From a candidate division WOR-3 bacterium (GTDB lineage Bacteria > Hydrothermota > Tepidihabitantia > Tepidihabitantales > DTDR01), in assembly GCA_039801885.1 (NCBI GenBank), contig JBDRVN010000010.1:1-39376 (forward strand): a stretch of 39,376 nt of DNA. The letters run 5' to 3'. A program made the translations under genes and the position numbers. The notes below the pieces were generated by a model, which made no database searches, had not been told where the DNA came from, and saw only the letters and a list, made by a program, of their open reading frames with translations. Each line of letters starts with the position of its first letter. Positions within the stretch are counted from its first letter, which is position 1. This document shows, piece after piece, positions 32,811 through 39,376 of this stretch.

Positions 32811-33743
32811 ATGAAAATTTTGATAACCGGGAGCGAAGGCTTTGCTGGAGGATATCTTTTCAATTTATTGTTCAATAAAGGTTACGAAGTTTACGGCACT
32901 TATTATGCCTTACCAAATAAGATTGAGATAAAGAAGAATCTCTTTTTTTTAGATATTAGAAAAAAGGAAGATGTTAAGAATTTATTAGAAAAAATAAAAC
33001 CAGAAGGAATTTTCCATCTTGCTGCTCAAACTTCTGTAGCTTTCTCTTATAAAGAGGAGTATTTAACTTATGAGGTAAATACTTTAGGAACTTTAAATCT
33101 TATCTGGGCAATGAAGGAATTGGCTCTTAAATCTCGCTTTATTTATATTTCTACTGCCGAAGTTTATGGTCAATTAAAAGAAAATAAAAAAGCGAAGGAG
33201 GATGAGGAATTAAATCCGATAAGTCCCTATGCTTTAAGTAAATTTTTTGCGGAAAAGGTTGTTCAATATTATGTAAAAATTTATGATATTGATGCTTTAA
33301 TTTTAAGACCTTTTAGTCATACTGGAATTGGCCAAGACGAAAATTTCTTTTTTCCTTACTGTTGTAAAAAAATTGCTGAGATAGAAAAAAAGCAAATTCC
33401 ACCGGTTTTAGAAGTAGGTAATTTAGAAGTAGAAAGAGATTATTTAGCTGTCGAGGATGTTGTGGAAGCCTATTATCTTGCCTTTATCTATGGTAAAAAA
33501 GGCGAAGTCTATAACATCACAAATGGCAAGCCAATAAAATTAAAGGATGCGTTGGAGTTTTTATTAAATCAAACTACTGTAGAAATCAAAGTAATTTCTT
33601 CTGAGGAGAAAAAAAGAAAATGGGATATTACCTTTCTTTCCGGCGATAATACTAAATTTAAGAATTTAACAAGATTTGAACCAAGATTAGAAATTAAAGA
33701 TACTTTAATAAGAATGCTTGATTATTACCGAAAAGAAATTTAA
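32811..33743 (+). CDS. GDP-sugar SDR, Rmd-like (GDP-4-keto-6-deoxy-D-mannose reductase)
   Basis: LITGSEGFAG, HLAAQTSV, SPYALSK, RPFSHTGIGQ, GNLEVERDY. Confidence 0.65.
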   Translation: MKILITGSEGFAGGYLFNLLFNKGYEVYGTYYALPNKIEIKKNLFFLDIRKKEDVKNLLEKIKPEGIFHLAAQTSVAFSYKEEYLTYEVNTLGTLNLIWAMKELALKSRFIYISTAEVYGQLKENKKAKEDEELNPISPYALSKFFAEKVVQYYVKIYDIDALILRPFSHTGIGQDENFFFPYCCKKIAEIEKKQIPPVLEVGNLEVERDYLAVEDVVEAYYLAFIYGKKGEVYNITNGKPIKLKDALEFLLNQTTVEIKVISSEEKKRKWDITFLSGDNTKFKNLTRFEPRLEIKDTLIRMLDYYRKEI

Positions 33744-34138
33744 TCAGGAAGGATTTTAAGATAGACCTTTCTTTCCCGAGGTCCGTCAAATTCACACAAA
33801 AAAACTCCTTGCCAAGTACCCAAAATAATTTTTTTATTTTCAAAAAAGATAATAGCAAAAGAGTTGATTAAAGAAGTTTTAATGTGAGCATCAGCATTGC
33901 CTTCGGTATGCTCATAAGATCCGTTTTTAGGAACCAAACGAGATAAGAGATTATTTATATCACTAACTACTGACGGGTCGTAATTTTCGTTAATAGTTAT
34001 TCCGCAAGTCGTATGTGGCACATAAAGATAACAAATCCCGGAATTTATTCCACTTTTACTTATTACTTCTTCAATTTTTTGGGTTATATCAACAAAAGCA
34101 ATTTTTTTGGGCGTAGTAATTTTTAAAGTGTAATACAT
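33740..34138 (-). CDS. yjbQ: YjbQ (UPF0047) family protein
   Basis: VPHTTCGITINEN, HTEGNADAHIK, LGTWQGVFLCEFDGPR. Confidence 0.9.
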   Translation of the reverse strand: MYYTLKITTPKKIAFVDITQKIEEVISKSGINSGICYLYVPHTTCGITINENYDPSVVSDINNLLSRLVPKNGSYEHTEGNADAHIKTSLINSFAIIFFENKKIILGTWQGVFLCEFDGPRERKVYLKILPD

Positions 34139-34141
34139 TTT

Positions 34142-34426
34142 TCAATACAATTTTTGATATTGATGATCTAAAATTGTTAAATGGGGGTAGCTTTCTAAGA
34201 ATTTTAGTAGATTGCTTTTAGTTTTTAAAGAAGCATTAAAAGAGGTATTGATAAAACAGATTGCTAATTTAGAACGTTGCCATAAATCTTGATAATCCAT
34301 TTCCAATATTGAAATATTAAATTCTTTTTTTAGACGAGCAAACAAAGAATTAATGAATTTCCTTTTATCTTTCAAGGATTGACCATTACCGCAAAGACAA
34401 TCAACAATTAATAAACCAACAGTCAT
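34142..34426 (-). CDS. DUF503 (YlxP) family protein
   Basis: 'SLKDKR......LKKEFNISI.E...QDLWQRS'; usual position after infB. Confidence 0.85.
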   Translation of the reverse strand: MTVGLLIVDCLCGNGQSLKDKRKFINSLFARLKKEFNISILEMDYQDLWQRSKLAICFINTSFNASLKTKSNLLKFLESYPHLTILDHQYQKLY

Positions 34427-36466
34427 TTATTCTTCAATATAACATTCCAATAAATCTTCTTCTTGCAAATCCTCAAGTCCACTAATACCAATTCCGCATT
34501 CGTAATTTGCCTCAACTTCTTTTACATCTTCTTTAAATCTTTTTAAAGAAGTTATTTTTCCTTTAAAAATTTCGGTATCTTTTCTGAGAACTTTGATAAT
34601 ACCATCTTTTATTACTTTTCCTTCTAAAACAAAAGCGCCGGCTACTAAACCTACTCCTTTTATATTAAATACTTTTCTCACGATTGCTTTACCAATTAGT
34701 ACTTCTTTCTTCTCTTCTTCTAAAAGACCTAACATTGCTGCCCGGATGTCATCGATTGCTTGATAAATAATGTTATAGGTTCTTATTTCAATTTTCTGTC
34801 GGTCAGCAATTTCTTGAGCATCGCTTAAAGGAGATACATGATAACCAACAACAATTGCTTCAGAAGCAGCAGCCAATAATATATCTGATTTAGTAATTGC
34901 GCCGATTCCGGCATGAATAATTTTGATTTTTACTTCTTCTAAGGATAATTCTTCCAAGGCATGTTTTATTGCTTCTAAAGACCCCATCACATCAGCTTTT
35001 AAAACAATTTTTAGCTCTTTAATCTCGCCTTTTTGAATTTTCTCTTGAATTGATTGTAAGGTTAATTTTTTTTGTAATTTTAATTTTTCATTTTGTTTTT
35101 CTAATTTTCGTCTTTGGGCTAATTCGCGAGCAATTTTTTCATTTTCTACAACAATAAACCTTTCGCTCGGCTCGGGGATTTCTGAAAAACCAGTAATTTG
35201 ACAAGGATTAGCCGGATCGCTAAATTCAATTCTTTTAAACTTATCGGGCAAAACATCAAATATATCCCTTACCTTTCCGTAAGTTTCTCCACAGACAAAA
35301 AAATTTCCTCTCTCAATTCTTCCTTCATAAGTTAAAACTGTACTAACAATTCCCCTTCCTTTATCAATTCGGCTGTCAATTACTACTCCTTTCCCTAAGC
35401 CTTCAAAAGGTGCTTTAAGGTTTGCTATATGGCTGACTAAAAGAATTGCATCTAATAAATCATCTATACCGTAACCGGTATAAGCAGAGGTTTCAACAGC
35501 AATTACATCGCCACCATATCCTTCAACCCGAATTCCGTAATTGGCTAGTTGGGCTTTTACTCTTTCCGGATTGGCATCAGATAGGTCGATTTTCGTAATT
35601 GCGACAATTATTGGCACACCGGCTGCCCGAGCATGATTTATTGCTTCTTCAGTTTGAGGTTTTACCCCTTCGTTAGCAGCTACTACTAAAATAGCGATGT
35701 CGGTTACTTGAATTCCCATTGCTCTCATCGCTGTAAATGCTTCGTGTCCAGGAGTATCAAGGAAGATAATCTTTTCATTTTTGTAATTAACTACCGAAAC
35801 TCCTACGTGTTGAGTGATTCTACCAACTTCTTTCTCAGCAATTTTTGTTTTTCTAATACAATCTAATAATGTTGTTTTTCCATGGTCGACATGACCAATA
35901 ACAGTTACTACTGGTGGTCGAGGTTGTAAAATAATTCCTTCTAATTTTTTTTCAATAGGTGTTTCTTCTCTTACAATAATTTCCTTCTTGAATTCATCAG
36001 CAAGTAGATAAATAGTATCTAAATCTAATCGTTGATTAATAGTGGCAATTAAACCTAATTTTAAACAGGCTTTGATAATATCGGTGGGTAATACATCAAA
36101 AGCAGCAGCCAGTTGGGAAACAGTCATAAAAGGGATAACCTCAATTTTAAGTTTTTCTGACGGTTTTGTTTCTTTCTTCTCAATTTTTTTAATTTTTATA
36201 GTTGGCTTTTGTGCTTTACTTTCATTTGGTTTAATTTGTTGTTCTTTTTTCCCTTCTTTTAACTCTTCTTTTTTTTCAATTTTACCGGCATATAATTTTT
36301 CTTCTTCTTTAATTTTTCTTCTTATTGCTTCATATTCTTCAAGGGTAACAAAAGAAGTGTATCCCCTTTCTTTAAATCCCAACTCTCTTAACAAATTAAC
36401 AATTGCCTTTGGTGAAAGATTTAATTTCTTGGCAACTTCATTTACTTTCAAACGTTCGGTTTTCAT
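34427..36466 (-). CDS. infB: Translation initiation factor IF-2
   Basis: RPPVVTVIGHVDHGKTTLLD, DTPGHEAF, KADVMGSLEAI, SLKRFKEDVKEV...ECGI. Confidence 0.96.
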   Translation of the reverse strand: MKTERLKVNEVAKKLNLSPKAIVNLLRELGFKERGYTSFVTLEEYEAIRRKIKEEEKLYAGKIEKKEELKEGKKEQQIKPNESKAQKPTIKIKKIEKKETKPSEKLKIEVIPFMTVSQLAAAFDVLPTDIIKACLKLGLIATINQRLDLDTIYLLADEFKKEIIVREETPIEKKLEGIILQPRPPVVTVIGHVDHGKTTLLDCIRKTKIAEKEVGRITQHVGVSVVNYKNEKIIFLDTPGHEAFTAMRAMGIQVTDIAILVVAANEGVKPQTEEAINHARAAGVPIIVAITKIDLSDANPERVKAQLANYGIRVEGYGGDVIAVETSAYTGYGIDDLLDAILLVSHIANLKAPFEGLGKGVVIDSRIDKGRGIVSTVLTYEGRIERGNFFVCGETYGKVRDIFDVLPDKFKRIEFSDPANPCQITGFSEIPEPSERFIVVENEKIARELAQRRKLEKQNEKLKLQKKLTLQSIQEKIQKGEIKELKIVLKADVMGSLEAIKHALEELSLEEVKIKIIHAGIGAITKSDILLAAASEAIVVGYHVSPLSDAQEIADRQKIEIRTYNIIYQAIDDIRAAMLGLLEEEKKEVLIGKAIVRKVFNIKGVGLVAGAFVLEGKVIKDGIIKVLRKDTEIFKGKITSLKRFKEDVKEVEANYECGIGISGLEDLQEEDLLECYIEE

Positions 36467-36470
36467 AAAA

Positions 36471-37748
36471 TTAAGTTCTGCTCTCCTCTTGAGTTCCTTG
36501 GGCGAAAAATTTTTCCTTTATCTTTTCTTCAACATCTTTTTTTAATTTTTTTACCTGCTCAATATCATAATTGATAAATTTACTTATATTTTCATCAGGA
36601 GTGGTTAATAAGTCAAAGGCATTTAGGATTTGGTTTTCAGCTAATTTTTCTAAAAGAATATCAGAAAGGTCTAACTCTTTTAACGAAATAGTTTTTGCTT
36701 TTTCTTTTACTTGTCTATCTAAATAATCACTTAATTTTAAAATTTCAATATTGGCACCGGTTACCCGACTCGCTAGATTAACATTGTTACCCTTTTTCCC
36801 AACAGCAATTGGATAATCGCTATCAGGAACAATTACCATATATTTATCATTTTCTTTTATTACCTCTTTTACTTTTGCTGGACTTAATGCCCGAGCAATA
36901 AAGATTTTCAAATCTTTCGACCATTGGATAATATCAATTTTTTCCTCACCAAGTTCTTTTAAAACATTTTCAATTCTTGAACGTTTGAATCCCACACAGG
37001 CACCAACCGGGTCAATTTTTTCATCTTCGGAATGAACAGCAATTTTTGTTCGAACTCCGGGAATCCGAGCAATTGCTTTAATTTGAATTATATTTTGTTG
37101 AATTTCTGGAACTTCCTTTGCTAAAAGTTTTTTTACAAATTCTTGATGGGTTCGTGATAAATGAACTCTTGGTCCCAAAGGAGTTTTTTCGACTTTCGTA
37201 ACATAAGCTTTTATAACCGCTCCTTGTCGCAATCGGTCAGATTTTAAATAATCCTGCGGTAAAAGATAACCTTCTACAGCGCCTAAATTAACAATGACCC
37301 GATCTTTAGTAATTTGATAGATTGTACCGGAAGTGATTTCTTTTTCCTTCTTTTTAAACTCTTCATATAATTTATTTTTCTCAACCGAACGAAGTCGATT
37401 TACCAATTCATCGGCAGCTTTCTGAATGGTAGAACGGCCAACTTCATTTAGAGGTAAAGGCACTTTAATTTTATCACCAATTTTAGCATCCAGATTAATT
37501 GCTTTAGCCTCTTCTAAAGAAATTTCTTTACCAAATTTTATTACTGATTCAACTACGATTTTATTTAGAAAAATTTTAATTTGCCCTCTTTCTAAATCAA
37601 TTTCTACCTCTGGTTCCGAATCTTGACCGTATCTTTTCTTAAGCCCAACAACTAAACTTTCTTTTAAAGCTTCGTTAACATATAGGACATCAACATTTCT
37701 TTTTCGGGCAATTTCACTGAGATAATTTAAAATTTCTTCTTTTTTCAT
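36471..37748 (-). CDS. nusA: Transcription elongation factor NusA
   Basis: LSRTH...EVPEI, ARIPGVRTKIAV, DPVGACVG, AVGKKGNNVNLAS. Confidence 0.95.
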   Translation of the reverse strand: MKKEEILNYLSEIARKRNVDVLYVNEALKESLVVGLKKRYGQDSEPEVEIDLERGQIKIFLNKIVVESVIKFGKEISLEEAKAINLDAKIGDKIKVPLPLNEVGRSTIQKAADELVNRLRSVEKNKLYEEFKKKEKEITSGTIYQITKDRVIVNLGAVEGYLLPQDYLKSDRLRQGAVIKAYVTKVEKTPLGPRVHLSRTHQEFVKKLLAKEVPEIQQNIIQIKAIARIPGVRTKIAVHSEDEKIDPVGACVGFKRSRIENVLKELGEEKIDIIQWSKDLKIFIARALSPAKVKEVIKENDKYMVIVPDSDYPIAVGKKGNNVNLASRVTGANIEILKLSDYLDRQVKEKAKTISLKELDLSDILLEKLAENQILNAFDLLTTPDENISKFINYDIEQVKKLKKDVEEKIKEKFFAQGTQEESRT

Positions 37749-38215
37749 TTTTTAAACAACTCCTTAGTAGTTACTTTTATCTCGGCTTTTTTTATTTCTA
37801 AATAATTAATATTTATAATCTCGCCCGGTTTCACATTAGAACCTTCTAAAGTTTTTAAAGTGATTAGTTGGTTATCAGCATTTAAAAGTTCGCCATAAAT
37901 GTATTCATTCTCTTTTTGAACTATTATCTTCTTGCCAATCGCTTTTTTAAAATGCTCGACATTTTTTAATTTTCTTTCCACACCAGGAGAAGAAACTTCT
38001 AAGACATAAGAATGTGGTATCAAATCCAAAGTATCTAATTTTAGCGATAATAAATTAGATACTTCTTCACATGTATTAATTGTTACTCCACCAAGCATAT
38101 CAATATAAACTCTTAAATTTTTACCATCATATTCTACATCATATAATTCTAATCCCATTTCATTCACTATCTTGAAAATTAAATTATATATTTCTTCCGA
38201 TAATTTTTTTCCCAT
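37745..38215 (-). CDS. rimP: Ribosome maturation factor RimP
   Basis: LRVYID..GGVTI..CE.VS, YVLEVSSPGVERKL. Confidence 0.93.
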   Translation of the reverse strand: MGKKLSEEIYNLIFKIVNEMGLELYDVEYDGKNLRVYIDMLGGVTINTCEEVSNLLSLKLDTLDLIPHSYVLEVSSPGVERKLKNVEHFKKAIGKKIIVQKENEYIYGELLNADNQLITLKTLEGSNVKPGEIININYLEIKKAEIKVTTKELFKK

Positions 38216-38222
38216 AAAAATA

Positions 38223-38250
38223 ATTATAATATACTTAAAATAAAAGTCAA
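38223..38250 (-). promoter_or_regulatory. sigma70-type promoter of rimP-nusA-infB (leaderless configuration)
   Basis: TTGACT-N16-TATAAT, 7 nt to ATG; no SD. Confidence 0.6.
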
Positions 38251-38269
38251 GATATAATTTTAAATAATT

Positions 38270-38460
38270 AAAAATGTGTCACATTTTTGGTAACTTATTG
38301 AAATTATATAACTTAAATAAATATTATTTATTTAAAATTTTGTCTTGTCGCACTTTTGTAAGGGAATTTATTTTTAGATAACAATTAAAGTTTTAATAAA
38401 ATCATCAAAAATCAATGTTTTTTTAATTTTTTATTTCTCTTTTTGGCATACTTTTTGATT
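38270..38460 (+). promoter_or_regulatory. Putative sigma54-type promoter with upstream activator-like sites
   Basis: TGGCAT-ACTTT-TTGAT at 38444-38459 (GG-N10-GA; the -12 C is replaced by A). Palindrome AAAAATGTG-T-CACATTTTT at 38270-38288. Direct repeats TGTCACATTTTTGGTAA and TGTCGCACTTTTGTAA. IHF-like TAACTTATTGAAA at 38291-38303. Confidence 0.45.
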
Positions 38461-38469
38461 TATATTATA

Positions 38470-38848
38470 CAAATAAAAAGGTTCTTTGAAAAGTAGGTAA
38501 ATAAAAAGAATAAGATTGCTCGCATTTTCACCTCCTTACCACATTGTTTGGGATGTAGTGCGAATTTTTCGAAGGGAGGATAAGAGAATAAGAATTATGA
38601 GTTCGGGTTCACATGGCTAGCGCTACATCCCAAATAAGATTCGGGGGTCTAAAATTAGCCTCCCTTTTGAGTTCATAGCCCAGTCCTCATTTTTAGGCCC
38701 CCGTTAACTTTGAGGGGGAGGAGGAGATGAAAAAAAAGGGCGCTGGTATTACTGAGTGAAACCGTTCAAAAAAATAGAGGATGCCACCTCTTAATAATAT
38801 TTTAGAGGCGAGACGAACGGACCCAGGGTACCAGTAGCCCTTTTTTTT
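38470..38848 (+). ncRNA. Candidate structured non-coding RNA or long leader (unknown family)
   Basis: GC-richer than its flanks. boxA-like GTTCTTTGAAAA at 38481-38492. Stems 38544-38561/38620-38637, 38642-38654/38691-38703 and 38730-38767/38815-38848. G-U wobbles favour the + strand. Ends in a U-tract. Ends are approximate. Confidence 0.6.
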
Positions 38849-38889
38849 AGTTTTTTTTAAGATGGATAATGAATAAAAGGAGGGGTGGG

Positions 38890-39376
38890 GTGAAGAAATT
38901 TTCCCTTTTATTAATTTTGTTCTTCGCTTGTTTAGAAAAACCAAAATTACCAGAATGGGATACAGAAATAACAATTCCCTTATTTAAAAAAAATTTTACA
39001 ATCTTTTCTTTTTTAGATTCTCATTACTTTATTTTTAATTCTGATTCAACCTTTAATTTTTTTTATCAAAGTAGTTTTGATACGATTTTTCCGATAACAA
39101 AAATTAATTTTAACATCGATAGATTTAATAGTAATTATTATTTTAATAATTTTGAAATTTGTGATACTTTTTATACTGAAATAATTATTAATATTGAGGA
39201 GATTTTAGGGGTTATGATTTCTGATAGTTTTATTATTTTACCACCAATAAATCTACAAAAAGAATTACAAAAAGTAATTATTATAAACAATTTTCATCGA
39301 GGTATTATTGAAAAATGTTTTTTGACTTTAGACATCGAAAATCATTCACCAATAAATTTTAGATGTTTTGGAATCA
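38890..39376 (+). CDS. Putative lipoprotein (3'-truncated; absent from the ORF track)
   Basis: GTG start after AAGGAGG; MKKFSLLLILFFA-C lipobox-like signal, then LEKPKLPEWDTEITIPL...; frame open to the end of the window. Confidence 0.75.
   Translation, partial: MKKFSLLLILFFACLEKPKLPEWDTEITIPLFKKNFTIFSFLDSHYFIFNSDSTFNFFYQSSFDTIFPITKINFNIDRFNSNYYFNNFEICDTFYTEIIINIEEILGVMISDSFIILPPINLQKELQKVIIINNFHRGIIEKCFLTLDIENHSPINFRCFGI

Noticed and set aside
38481-38540. rRNA operon start or 16S fragment (boxA plus CACCTCCTT)
   Set aside because: No other 16S sequence is present (no GGATCACC context or conserved helices), and a protein gene follows.
38470-38848. tmRNA, RNase P, SRP, tRNA or hammerhead ribozyme
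   Set aside because: No tRNA-like ends or T-loop, no GAGGAAAGTCC and no SRP loop motif. CTGAGTGAAA does not fit the hammerhead core spacing. A divergent 6S RNA cannot be fully excluded without Infernal.
38693-38974. 93-aa minus-strand ORF
   Set aside because: Antisense to the lipoprotein start and the structured RNA, with no RBS and no recognisable motifs.

Overview
An AT-rich bacterial chromosomal segment, mostly housekeeping genes. The CARDB/Kelch and FG-GAP proteins with T9SS-like tails suggest an FCB-group organism such as candidate phylum WOR-3 (inference only). From left to right it holds a 5'-truncated giant surface protein, an FG-GAP/PQQ-like propeller protein, a Type IIG-like restriction-modification fusion, hbd-DUF4177-cvpA-like-ruvX-mltG-gyrB-M42 peptidase, a pilB/pilC pair, stand-alone trpB2 and a 72-aa orphan. 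These are followed by the mutM-asparaginase-prfA-prmC-nadK-pgsA-like-DUF296 operon, a beta-barrel protein, a three-gene CoA-activase (PlsAR/Ger-like) cluster, rbfA-truB-ribF-rpmB-gmd-rmd, rimP-nusA-infB-DUF503-yjbQ and a 3'-truncated lipoprotein. No rRNA, tRNA, CRISPR array or transposase was seen. The best novelty candidate is non-coding (about 38270-38850): a sigma54-like promoter with upstream repeats, a boxA-like element and a ~380-nt three-hairpin RNA. Its 5' segment mimics the 16S anti-SD and is complementary to the RBS of two genes in this window (pilB, 15 bp; the 72-aa orphan, 18 bp). Other notable items are a dispersed ~250-300 bp intergenic repeat with internal 24-bp periodicity, six apparently leaderless genes, and an inversion that splits the infB-rbfA operon. 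All calls come from motif recognition by eye; no database searches or folding programs were run.
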